64,000 nt of DNA from an uncultured Dehalococcoidia bacterium (GCA_964574685.1 CAZNOI010000003.1:53408-117407), one strand, 5' to 3'; numbered from the stretch's first letter, positions 7,592-16,777 are shown. A program made the numbers and translations. Notes: generated by a model from the letters alone, not told the origin.

Positions 7592-9556
7592 ATGACCGAA
7601 GAGGACAGGGCGCTCTACCTGAGGTTCCATGGTCGGATACTAGAGCATTTTGGCATCCAGACTTACCAAAGCCCGGTTGCCGCCATCGCGGAGCTTGTGG
7701 CGAATTGCTGGGACGCGGATGCAAGTGAAGTGCGAATAGTGCTTCCGGCGAACTTGGGGGACAATGCCACCATCGAGATACTGGACGACGGTATCGGCAT
7801 GACATTCGATGAGTGTCAAGAACGCTACCTAAGCGTTGGTCTGAACCGGAGGGCCAATGACCCGGATGAACGTTCGCCGGAGAAGAGGAGACCGATCTTG
7901 GGCCGCAAGGGAATAGGCAAGTTCGCTGGCTTCGGCATTGCAGAAACCATGCGCATCTCAACGACCAGCAAGCAGACGGGCGAGGCGACCGTGTTCGAGC
8001 TTCGTCTACCTGACCTAATCAGCGATGAATACGTAAGCACCAACGATAAGCCTGTCGACATCGTTGAGCATAGGTCTCCCGATGACCAACGCAAGTTGGA
8101 GCACGGCACTGTTGTGACACTATCGGGGCTCAAGCTCGGAAAGACTCCGTCGCCCGACGCGTTCGCCAAGAGTATGGCTCGTCGTTTTCTGCTCCTCCAG
8201 CAGCAGGCCGACTTCCGGGTGCTTGTCAATGATCAGGAGTTGCCCAAATCCTTCGACTTGCAGGACGTGCAATACGTGTTTCCCCGCGACTACAAATCTG
8301 AGGAGATGCCCGCCGATCTTGAGACACAAGACATTGAACTCTATGGCGTGGAGAAGCTATCCAACGACCGTAAGATCCGATGGCAGTTCTGCTTCCACAA
8401 TGATACGATTGACGACGAGGAGCTGCAGGGTATTGCTATCTTCGCCAAGGGGAAGCTCATCCAGGCCCCATTCCTTTTCAATCTCAGCGGTGGTCTCGGC
8501 GGTCAACACGGGGTAGCCTATCTGTCTGGTCAAGTCCAGGCGGACTACCTTGACTCGCTCTCCGTGGACCTTGCCGCTACGGAGCGTCAGAGGGTCAACT
8601 GGGAGCATAGAGAGAGCGCCCCACTGCTGGAGTGGGGGCAGACCAGGATCAAGGAGCTCCTCAGGACTTGGCAAGACCGCCGAGGTGAGCAGAGAACTCG
8701 CATGCTTGATCAACGCGTGTCCGGTTTCTCATCGAGGTTGGGCAGACTACATTCACCTGAGCAGCGAACGGTCTCCAAAGCTTTGAGGAAGCTTGCCCAA
8801 GTTTCCACACTGAATGATGCACAATTTGAAGACCTCGGAAACGCGGTACTCACCGCGTGGGAAGAGGGACGCCTCAGAGGACTCATTGACCAGATTGCCC
8901 AAGCTCAGACCATGTCCGAGGAAGACCTCCTCAGCGTCCTCCTGGAGGCACAGGCGCTCACGGCTCTCAACGTGGCAGAAGCAGTCCGAACCAAGCTCCA
9001 GACTGTGGCTGGCCTGATACAGCGTATAGAACGCCGTGAGCTCGAAACAGCTGTACGCGACTACATAGCGAAGAACCCTTGGCTTATAGCTCCCCAATGG
9101 GAAACCTTCCGCAAGGAGACTACTGTTAAGCACCTCCTAGATCAGGCCGCCGGGCAGGTCGGTTTCACCGACAACGAGTTCAACGGTCGTGTCGACCTCG
9201 CACTCGCGAGCGGCAATCACCTGCTTGTTCTCGAATTCATGCGACCAAGCCTTACCCTCAATTGGGACCATCTACAACGCTTCGAGAGATACGTCCTGAA
9301 TATACGGGGCAACATAGACGCCAACACCGCTGGCGTTTTCAGGCGCGTCACTGGTTACGTAATAGCAGACAACCTTGAGGCTCGGTCGGATAATCGCGCC
9401 AAGATTACTTCTATGGTCAAAGAAGACATGTACGCCCTCGATTGGCGCTCCCTCTTCAGCCAGGCCCTTGCCAAGTGGCAGGAGTTCCTTGACATACTCG
9501 TCTCACGGGCTCCGGAGGACGAGCGTCTGCAGGCTCTACTCCAGCCTCCCGACTAA
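7592..9556 (+). CDS. MORC-like GHKL (HATPase_c_3-type) ATPase with long C-terminal region
   Basis: ELVANCWDADASEVRI (N box), IEILDDGIGMT (G1), GRKGIGKFAGFGIA (G2-like). C-terminal part contains NPWLIAPQW...GRVDLAL...LLVLEFMRPS, which resembles a restriction-endonuclease-like core. RBS AGGAG before ATG 7592. Confidence 0.75.
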   Translation: MTEEDRALYLRFHGRILEHFGIQTYQSPVAAIAELVANCWDADASEVRIVLPANLGDNATIEILDDGIGMTFDECQERYLSVGLNRRANDPDERSPEKRRPILGRKGIGKFAGFGIAETMRISTTSKQTGEATVFELRLPDLISDEYVSTNDKPVDIVEHRSPDDQRKLEHGTVVTLSGLKLGKTPSPDAFAKSMARRFLLLQQQADFRVLVNDQELPKSFDLQDVQYVFPRDYKSEEMPADLETQDIELYGVEKLSNDRKIRWQFCFHNDTIDDEELQGIAIFAKGKLIQAPFLFNLSGGLGGQHGVAYLSGQVQADYLDSLSVDLAATERQRVNWEHRESAPLLEWGQTRIKELLRTWQDRRGEQRTRMLDQRVSGFSSRLGRLHSPEQRTVSKALRKLAQVSTLNDAQFEDLGNAVLTAWEEGRLRGLIDQIAQAQTMSEEDLLSVLLEAQALTALNVAEAVRTKLQTVAGLIQRIERRELETAVRDYIAKNPWLIAPQWETFRKETTVKHLLDQAAGQVGFTDNEFNGRVDLALASGNHLLVLEFMRPSLTLNWDHLQRFERYVLNIRGNIDANTAGVFRRVTGYVIADNLEARSDNRAKITSMVKEDMYALDWRSLFSQALAKWQEFLDILVSRAPEDERLQALLQPPD

Positions 9557-9589
9557 ACAGACTGAACCTTCCTTCAGGAGGCCTTTCCC

Positions 9590-10426
9590 ATGGCCTACGT
9601 AATCCTCACTCAGAGAGTCCCTCCCGACGACTACCGGGACGAGATCGGCACACTGTACAACTACCCTCGGCGATACTGGAGGCGACTCTACACAGGCGAT
9701 CGCATGATCTATCACCAGCCGCGCGATCGTTCAAACGGAGGAATGGTCTATTTCGGATGCGGTGTAGTCGGAGACATCCAACCCGACCCTCACGACCCAA
9801 ACCGGCGTAACGCAGAGATCGTCGACTACACAGCCTTTGAAAGGCACGTTCCCGTCACGCGTCGGGGCCGGTTTCTTGAGCCTGCCATCAATAGGCAGGT
9901 CGACATGGTAGGCAACGCAGTTCGCACTATTGATGAACCGACCGCTCTCGCCATCCTGAGTGCTTCTCATACGCAGCCCCCATGGGCTTGGCTGCCCACC
10001 GGTGGGACCGGGGCACCACCATCGTCGCCTACTAACGAGGCGGACCTGCGGCGTGCTATTGACACCTTCGACCAGCACTATGCAAGCCTGGCCCCCGAGC
10101 GCCGTGCGCGCACGCTATCGACGCTTCATCGCCCATCATCCATAGGGGCATACCTGAAGCAGCTCTACGGCACCAGATGTCGCATCTGCGGCGTGGACGG
10201 TTTCCTGCAGAGAATCGGGACCTCCTATGCCGAGATTCACCACGTCGATGAGCTCAGCACTGAACACCCCGGAGTTCTCGGCACGCAGAACATCTTGATC
10301 CTCTGTCCTACCTGTCACAGAAAGCTCCATTTCGCGAACGTCACTGTCATTCCCACTTCCTTGGGCTGGGACATGACCATCAATGGTCGGCATGTCGCCG
10401 TCCAAAGGATGCATAGCCCCGCCTGA
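9590..10426 (+). CDS. HNH endonuclease with about 190-aa N-terminal domain of unknown type (possibly modified-base/DNA binding)
   Basis: C-terminal CRICGVDG...AEIHHVDELS...NILILCPTCH HNH motif. N-terminal region YVILTQRV...YNYPRRYWRRL...MVYFGCGVV has no motif I can name. Starts 34 bp after the GHKL gene, same strand. Confidence 0.7.
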   Translation: MAYVILTQRVPPDDYRDEIGTLYNYPRRYWRRLYTGDRMIYHQPRDRSNGGMVYFGCGVVGDIQPDPHDPNRRNAEIVDYTAFERHVPVTRRGRFLEPAINRQVDMVGNAVRTIDEPTALAILSASHTQPPWAWLPTGGTGAPPSSPTNEADLRRAIDTFDQHYASLAPERRARTLSTLHRPSSIGAYLKQLYGTRCRICGVDGFLQRIGTSYAEIHHVDELSTEHPGVLGTQNILILCPTCHRKLHFANVTVIPTSLGWDMTINGRHVAVQRMHSPA

Positions 10427-10860
10427 CCATACGGCCCGCGCACCGGCGTAGGGGTGCCTTCCGGCCTAGACAGGCTCGCCTCCGGCACCCCCTGTTGGGT
10501 CGCTTCGTTCTCCCTAGGCCCTGGTGGTGCCTGCCGCCGGGGTTTCACCACCCCACGGCATCGTGCCTTCGGCACCATGCCGCCCCAGTGCAGGGCACCG
10601 TGGCTGCGGCTCCGCTGGCTTGCTCGCTCCGCTCCGGCTTCTCGGCGGGCGCGCAGGCTGCCCCGCCCCGCCCCTCCAATCAACATGGATCGAGCGGGGA
10701 GACAAAGCGGACACTGCCGAGTACTGCCTCCCGGAGTTGCCACTGGACTGTAGTAGAGTCCCAATGGGTGGTGTATGAGGGGGCTGGAAAATAGCTACCG
10801 CCCGGGAGATGACTGATAGCGAAAGGCGCCTCTACAGCAAGGCAATGAGAGGGAGGCGAA

Positions 10861-11100
10861 ATGGCTGATTTGGATAAGGAGATCAAGAGAATAGAAGCGG
10901 GCGACGCCTGGGACGAGAGCGATGAAGTCGTCCGGGTAGAAGTGAAGAAGCCTCTGGACAAGGTGATCCCCGTGCGGCTCTCGGCGGACAAGTGGGAGGA
11001 GCTGAGGAAGGAAGCCACTGAGCTTGGCATCGGTCCGACGACCCTTGCCCGGATGTGGATACTGGAGCGTTTGCGACTTGGGACGAAGGCCGGAGTCTAG
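10861..11100 (+). CDS. RHH/CopG-like (BrnA-type) antitoxin-like protein, orphan
   Basis: IPVRLSADKWEELRKEATELGIGPTTLARMWILERL is a ribbon-helix-helix antitoxin-like sequence. No toxin ORF adjacent. Confidence 0.5.
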   Translation: MADLDKEIKRIEAGDAWDESDEVVRVEVKKPLDKVIPVRLSADKWEELRKEATELGIGPTTLARMWILERLRLGTKAGV

Positions 11101-11149
11101 CGGTGATAACCTGTCACTTTGATTGTGATATGGCGTTTCATCACCTCTG

Positions 11150-11353
11150 CAATGGGGACTTTCAGTCTATCCAACACTTCGGTCAGTTCCCTCTCCCTCT
11201 AAGGGAGAGGGTCAGGGTGAGGGTGCGTAAATGCATGCGGCTTAAGAATGGTGCTGCGGCGGTTGTTCGCCTCACTCCGGCTTTCTCCCCTTTGGGGAGA
11301 GAGGGGATGGTTTCGCTTTGGTCAGTGCTGCCCTCTCCCTCTAAGGGAGAGGG
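11150..11353. repeat. cluster of three GC hairpin repeats (REP/MITE-like family), locus A
   Basis: CCCTCTCCCTctaAGGGAGAGGG at 11189-11211 followed by tcAGGGTGAGGGTGCG. TCTCCCCtttGGGGAGA at 11284-11300. A second CCCTCTCCCTctaAGGGAGAGGG at 11331-11353. Lies between convergent gene ends. Confidence 0.6.
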
Positions 11354-12478
11354 TCAGGCGGCCGTGTGCGCGGCGGTCCGGCAGCGGGCAGCCTCTGCTG
11401 TGTACTCTGCAATCAGGGATTGCATGAGTTCGCTGACCGATATGATGGTGTCCACGCGATAGGCGTTGGCCCCGGCGAAGGCGAAGCCGTTCCTCATGTT
11501 ACCCCTCTTCGCGTTGGCCAGCGCCAGCGCGATACAGTAGCTGGACTTCTCGAAATCACAGGTCTTGAGGCACTTCCAGGGGCACTTGAACGGCTTCCTT
11601 GCACCTGCAGCCACTTCATCGAGGAACCGGCTCCTGATGGCCCTGCCGGGCAGGCCGACCGGGGAGTCGATGATGGTCAGGTCCCCCTCTTTGCAGTTCA
11701 CATATGCATCTTTGAACTGCGTTGCCGCATCACATTCGTATGTCCCCACGAACCTGGTCGCCATCTGAACGCCCTTCGCGCCAAGCTCCATGAACTGGAA
11801 CATGTCCGCGCCTGTGTAGACTCCGCCCGCTGCGATAACTGGGATGCTCTTCCCGAAGCGTTGCTCGTAGGGCTCAATGGCGGAAATTGCGTCCATCAGT
11901 ATGTTCTTCAGTGAGTAGGCGGGATCGTCGATCTGTTCTCTCTTGAACCCGAGATGCCCTCCGGCCAGAGGGCCTTCCACCACGACAGCATCCGGCACGT
12001 GATTGTAGCTCCGCGCCCATTGCTGGAAGACGATCCTGGCTGCTCTTGCGGAGGATATGATCGGGACTACCCTGGTCGCCCCCTGTGTAAGGCGGTCGAT
12101 GGCAAGTGCGTCGGGTTTCTTGGCGAGTCCCGCCCCGAGGAAGACCAGGTCGGCGCCCTCATCGAAGGCGGTCTCGACCAGTCCATCATAGTCGTTGAGA
12201 GCTACCATTACGTTCACACCGATTATGCCCTTGGTAACGTCCCTCGCTTTGCGTATCTCGGCGCGAAGCGCACGTTTGTTGGCCTCTCTGGAGTTGGTCA
12301 TGAAGTCGGACTCGTGAAGCCCGATTCCGGCGGTGGCAATGACTCCGATCCCACCTTCATTCGCGACGGCGGAGGCCAATCGGGAGAGGGAAATGCCTAC
12401 CCCCATTCCTCCCTGGACTATTGGAATACTTGCTTCCAGGTCACCAATTCGAAGCCCTGGAAGTCCGTTAAGTCTCAT
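11354..12478 (-). CDS. nitronate monooxygenase / FabK-like enoyl-ACP reductase family (NPD) protein
   Basis: IVQGGMGVGIS...GGIGVIATAGIG... and overall NMO-family (FMN TIM-barrel) fold, with a Cys-rich C-terminal extension. Confidence 0.75.
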   Translation of the reverse strand: MRLNGLPGLRIGDLEASIPIVQGGMGVGISLSRLASAVANEGGIGVIATAGIGLHESDFMTNSREANKRALRAEIRKARDVTKGIIGVNVMVALNDYDGLVETAFDEGADLVFLGAGLAKKPDALAIDRLTQGATRVVPIISSARAARIVFQQWARSYNHVPDAVVVEGPLAGGHLGFKREQIDDPAYSLKNILMDAISAIEPYEQRFGKSIPVIAAGGVYTGADMFQFMELGAKGVQMATRFVGTYECDAATQFKDAYVNCKEGDLTIIDSPVGLPGRAIRSRFLDEVAAGARKPFKCPWKCLKTCDFEKSSYCIALALANAKRGNMRNGFAFAGANAYRVDTIISVSELMQSLIAEYTAEAARCRTAAHTAA

Positions 12479-12803
12479 TCAGTGTCTTTCTGGGTTGCTG
12501 CACGCAACCGGGCCATAGTATAGCAGGCACATTTCAAAAGTACAGAGGGGTAGAGTATGAAATCGGTCTGAATTCTAGGCGGGCCTCCATCGAAGTCGAG
12601 AACTGCCCGGCGGTACCATTTGCCCTTTCCGTACAGGTCGATAGTACCATTGTGCCTCCGACGGGCAGGTGCTACATTTGGCTAGGAGCGCATGCGACCA
12701 TCATCCGCAGTCGGAGCCTGTCGCTCAATGGTGCAGGCTTCCCAAGGGAAGGCGGCCGCTTCGACGCGAGGCCTGAGTTCGTCAACAGGGAGGCCAGCAA
12801 CAG

Positions 12804-14762
12804 ATGCCAACGAAGAGAGCCGCCAGACCAGATTCTACTACGAACACCGGGAAAACGCGGAAGCAGTCCGGACCCAGGAGTCGGGCCGCGAACGGCCCAC
12901 TACCGCCTTTCGACGTGGATATCGAGATCGACGCCACTGCTGTACTAACCCGGGACGGCAAGATCCGCTACCAGAGCCCATCGGTCGAGCAGCTACTGGG
13001 CTACAGGGCTGACGAGGTGACCGGCAGGGACTTCGTGGAGCTGCTTCACCCCGACGACGCGCGAAGCGCGACCGAGAAGCTTGAGGTGGTCACGGAGAAC
13101 CCCGGACGTACCGTCTCCATGGAGATGCGCTTTCTGCACAAGGACGGCTCATGGCGAACCGTCGAGAGCGTGGGCACTAACCTTCTCGATGACCCTGAAG
13201 TCAACGGCATCATCATGAGCTATCGCGACGTCAGCAGTCGCAAGAGACTGGAGGACCAACTCTGGTTGCTCCAGAATGCGATAGAGAACGCGATCGCACC
13301 CATGGCCATCTCCGACATACAGGGCAACATAACCTACGTCAACCAAGCGTGCATGAAGCTGTGGCGTCGCGACAAGAAGGAGGACCTGGTCGGCGGGTCC
13401 TACTGGGAACTGCTGGAGCTGGAGGATCCTGCGCTGGCTGACGAGATCGCATCCACCATGATCGAGAGCGGCTCGTGGGAGGGCGAGATCGCCGCTCGTA
13501 GGAAGGATGGCTCAACCGTACACGTCAGGGTCCTGACCAGCATTCTCAAAGACAAGGACGGCAAGCCCATCCAGACCATTTCATCGTTCGTTGATCTGAC
13601 TGACAGGAAGCGTGTGGAGCAGGCTCTTCGGGAGTCGCAGGCGCAATACACCGCACTGCTCGACAACGTACCCGATGCGGTCTTCCGCTACCAGGAAGGC
13701 GTCATGACCTGGGCCAACGACAGGATCGAGCAGATCCTGGGCTACAGCAGGGACGAGCTTGTCGGCAAGGTCGCGGATCTCTTCGTCTCCGACGACGTAA
13801 GCCTCACCCAGGTGACCGAAACGGTGGGAGAGGGAATCAGGGAGCAGGGCCACTTCCGTGGCACTATCAAGGCGAAGAAGAAGAACGGCACAGAGGTTGA
13901 CATAGAGTTCTCAGCCTCCAATGTTCGTGGCAAGCGCCCCGTTGAGATTGTCGGTGTTGCCCGCGACATAACCGAACGCAAAAAGGCTGAGGAGGAACGA
14001 GAGAGGCTGACGGCCGAGCTTGCGGAGAAGAACGCGGAGCAGGAGCAAATCATATACGTTACCTCTCATGACCTTCGTTCGCCGCTGGTCAATGTTCAGG
14101 GCTTCAGCAAGGAACTCAAGTACTCGGTCGAGGAAGTGGGCACCATCTTGAGTTCCGAAGAGGTCCCACAAAGCATACGGGACCAGGTTGTGCCGATACT
14201 CGATCAGGATGTCCCTGATGCACTTGCCTATATCGCGACAAGTGTATCAAAGATGGACACACTGCTGACGGGACTGCTGAGGCTGTCGCGTCTCGGCAGA
14301 GCAGCCCTGAGCTTCGAGAAGCTCAATATGAACCTGATGCTGTTCGACATAGCCAAGTACTTCGAGTTGCGTATCAGGGAACTTGGAGCGACCATCGATG
14401 TTGGCACTTTGCCACCCTGCACAGGGGATTTCGTCCAGACCAACCAGGTGTTCTCGAACCTCGTCGACAACGCTTTGAAGTATTCCGACCCGTCTCGACC
14501 ACCAGTCATCAAGGTCACAGGAGAGGTCGTGGATGAGGAGGTCGTCTACTGCGTGGCCGACAACGGCACCGGAATTGCCAGGGAGCACCAGAAGAAGGTC
14601 TTCGAGATATTCCACCGGCTCAATCCTGAGGCATCGGGGGGCGAGGGCCTCGGACTGAGCATAGTGAAGAAGGTAATCGGGCGCCACAGCGGCCGCATAT
14701 GGCTCGAATCGGAGCCGGGCGAAGGCAGCAAGTTCTACGTATCGTTGCCTGCGGCGGACTAG
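12804..14762 (+). CDS. multi-PAS sensor histidine kinase
   Basis: Several PAS repeats, HisKA H-box YVTSHDLRSPL, HATPase N/G boxes (DNALKYS..., ADNGTGIA...GGEGLGLSIV). Confidence 0.8.
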   Translation: MPTKRAARPDSTTNTGKTRKQSGPRSRAANGPLPPFDVDIEIDATAVLTRDGKIRYQSPSVEQLLGYRADEVTGRDFVELLHPDDARSATEKLEVVTENPGRTVSMEMRFLHKDGSWRTVESVGTNLLDDPEVNGIIMSYRDVSSRKRLEDQLWLLQNAIENAIAPMAISDIQGNITYVNQACMKLWRRDKKEDLVGGSYWELLELEDPALADEIASTMIESGSWEGEIAARRKDGSTVHVRVLTSILKDKDGKPIQTISSFVDLTDRKRVEQALRESQAQYTALLDNVPDAVFRYQEGVMTWANDRIEQILGYSRDELVGKVADLFVSDDVSLTQVTETVGEGIREQGHFRGTIKAKKKNGTEVDIEFSASNVRGKRPVEIVGVARDITERKKAEEERERLTAELAEKNAEQEQIIYVTSHDLRSPLVNVQGFSKELKYSVEEVGTILSSEEVPQSIRDQVVPILDQDVPDALAYIATSVSKMDTLLTGLLRLSRLGRAALSFEKLNMNLMLFDIAKYFELRIRELGATIDVGTLPPCTGDFVQTNQVFSNLVDNALKYSDPSRPPVIKVTGEVVDEEVVYCVADNGTGIAREHQKKVFEIFHRLNPEASGGEGLGLSIVKKVIGRHSGRIWLESEPGEGSKFYVSLPAAD

Positions 14763-14781
14763 TACGCATCTCAGGAGTGAT

Positions 14782-15240
14782 GTGATGAAGGGTGCATTGA
14801 CGATTCTGATAGCCGAGGATGACATGGGCCATGCCGCCCTGATCCAGAAGAACCTTAGAAGGGCCGGCATAAACAACCCCATAGTCCACTTCAAGGATGG
14901 GCAAGAAGCGCTGGATTTCCTGTATGGCAACTCTGATGAGCCGAAGTTCCAGTCTGGCAGCTCGTACCTGCTGCTACTCGACATAAGGATGCCAAAGGTG
15001 GATGGCGTCGAGGTGCTGCGAAGGGTGAAGGACGATCCGGGTCTCAGGAAGATGCCAGTGATCATGATCACCACAACTGATGATCCGAGGGAAGTGGCCC
15101 ACTGCCACGAACTCGGATGCAGCAACTACATCACCAAGCCAATAGAGTACGAGAACTTCGTAGAGGCCATCAGACAGCTCGGCCTGTTCCTGATGGTGGT
15201 GGAGGTGCCGGAGATCGATGGACAGACCCGGAACAACTGA
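14782..15240 (+). CDS. single-domain response regulator (CheY-like receiver)
   Basis: ILIAEDDMGHA...LLLLDIRMPKVDGVEV...MPVIMITT...ITKP, REC domain only. Confidence 0.8.
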   Translation: MMKGALTILIAEDDMGHAALIQKNLRRAGINNPIVHFKDGQEALDFLYGNSDEPKFQSGSSYLLLLDIRMPKVDGVEVLRRVKDDPGLRKMPVIMITTTDDPREVAHCHELGCSNYITKPIEYENFVEAIRQLGLFLMVVEVPEIDGQTRNN

Positions 15241-16777
15241 GAACGACATCGACATCCGCGAACCCGTTCTCGTCGTTGAAGATGACGAGGGCCTGTGTCG
15301 TCTGGTGACCAGGAATCTTGTCAGGGCGGGCTTTCCGGCGACCGCAGCGACCACAGGCCATGCGGCCATAGAGGAGTACGGCAAGAGGCCGGGGCTGCTT
15401 CTGTTGCTTGACTACTGCCTTCCCGATATGACGGCGAAGGAAATCGTTGAACGATTGATCGAAAGCCAGGGCAGGGTGCCGTTTATCGTCATGACCGGCC
15501 AGGGTGATGAGAGAATCGCCGTGGAGATGATGAAGCTGGGTGCCCTCGACTACCTGGTCAAGGATTCCGGGCTCATGGATGCCCTCCCTCAGGTAGTCGG
15601 ACGTGTGGTCCGTCAGATTGAGACTGAGAGGAGACTCAGCGAAGCCGAGGCAAAGCTTCGTGAGTCAGAGAGGTCACTCATTACACTGATGAGCAACCTG
15701 CCCGGTATGGCGTACCGCTGTTGCTGGGACGCTCAGAGAACGATGATCTTCGTCAGCGATGGGTGCCGGGACCTCACCGGGTACGAGCCGGCTGACCTGC
15801 AGAACAACCGAATGGTGAGCTACGCGTCCCTCATACACGCCGATGACCATGAAACGGTCGCCAGGGAGATAGACAGGGCCCTCGAAAGCAGAAGGCCCTT
15901 CCAACTCACGTATCGGATTCTCGATGCGGCCTCAGAGGAAAGATGGGTCTGGGAGAAGGGCGCAGGGGTACTCTCCCCGGAAGGTGAGTTGCTCGGAATT
16001 GAAGGCTTCATCACGGATATCAGCGACCGCAAGAAGAGCGAGGAAGAGAAGCAGCGGATGGAGCGGCAGCTCCAGCTTACGGGCCGACTCGCGGCGGTCG
16101 GTGAACTGGCAGCCGGCATCGCTCATGAGTTGAACAACCCGCTGGCGGCGGTCCAGGCATTCGCCCAGTTGCTTGCTGCTAGAGGCGACCTGGACGAATC
16201 GGTCAAAGAAGACGTGAGCACCATTTACGAGGAAGCGCAACGGGCGGCGAGGATAACCTCGAACCTGCTTTCATTTGCGCGGAGGCACAAGCCGGAACGC
16301 AGTCTGGTCTCCTTGAACGAAGCCATCGAGAAGAGCCTTGAGCTTCATGCATATCGGATGAATGTGAACGATATCGCGGTGGTGACGGAGCTGGCTCCCC
16401 ACCTGCCCAAGACGATGGCCGATTTCCATCAAATGGAACAGGTGTTCGTTAACATCATCACCAACGCGGAACATGCTATGACCGAGGCGCAAGGCAAGGG
16501 ACAGTTGCGCATCAGCAGCCGCCTGTCGGCCGACGTGATCCAGATCCAGATTGCGGACAATGGGCCGGGCATTCCCGAGGATTGCATAGACCGGATATTC
16601 GACCCGTTCTTCACTACCAAGGACGTGGGCAAAGGCACCGGCCTGGGGCTGAGCATCTGCTACGGCATCATTCACGAGCACGGGGGGCGCATCTACGCCA
16701 GGAGCCGCCTTGGCAAGGGGACAACCTTCTATGTGGAGATACCGCTGGTCACCGAGGAAAACGACGAACCTGAGTAG
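15218..16777 (+). CDS. hybrid sensor kinase (REC-PAS-HisKA-HATPase)
   Basis: N-terminal receiver (VLVVEDDEG...[15 protein letters not shown]...FIVMTGQGD), PAS, H-box [14 protein letters not shown]-boxes ADNGPGIP...GTGLGLSI. Confidence 0.8.
   Translation: MDRPGTTENDIDIREPVLVVEDDEGLCRLVTRNLVRAGFPATAATTGHAAIEEYGKRPGLLLLLDYCLPDMTAKEIVERLIESQGRVPFIVMTGQGDERIAVEMMKLGALDYLVKDSGLMDALPQVVGRVVRQIETERRLSEAEAKLRESERSLITLMSNLPGMAYRCCWDAQRTMIFVSDGCRDLTGYEPADLQNNRMVSYASLIHADDHETVAREIDRALESRRPFQLTYRILDAASEERWVWEKGAGVLSPEGELLGIEGFITDISDRKKSEEEKQRMERQLQLTGRLAAVGELAAGIAHELNNPLAAVQAFAQLLAARGDLDESVKEDVSTIYEEAQRAARITSNLLSFARRHKPERSLVSLNEAIEKSLELHAYRMNVNDIAVVTELAPHLPKTMADFHQMEQVFVNIITNAEHAMTEAQGKGQLRISSRLSADVIQIQIADNGPGIPEDCIDRIFDPFFTTKDVGKGTGLGLSICYGIIHEHGGRIYARSRLGKGTTFYVEIPLVTEENDEPE

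Larger units (their letters stand above)
427..11360. mobile_element. putative integrated island (serine-recombinase element at tRNA-Asn) carrying phage-remnant and defence genes; right boundary uncertain
   Basis: Recombinase abuts the tRNA. It is followed by a Cro-like HTH, HNH + TerS-like genes, R-M, glycosylase, GHKL + HNH and an orphan antitoxin. The hairpin-repeat cluster 11150-11353 precedes the first clearly housekeeping genes. No att direct repeat was found by eye. Confidence 0.4.

Noticed and set aside
10427-10860. RNase P RNA, tmRNA or SRP RNA in the GC-rich gap
   Set aside because: I found none of the conserved blocks: the RNase P GNAANNUC/P4, tmRNA termini/resume codon, or the SRP GGAA domain IV motif. 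Only generic GC hairpins are present, so this was kept as an unclassified candidate.
427-11360. attR direct repeat of the tRNA-Asn 3' end at the far end of the island
   Set aside because: I scanned 10.4-11.4 kb and 16.8-18.9 kb by eye for GGTTCGAATCC / CCTGCTCGGGGAGCC and found none. Serine recombinases need only a 2-bp crossover core, so absence is not informative. The boundary is left uncertain.
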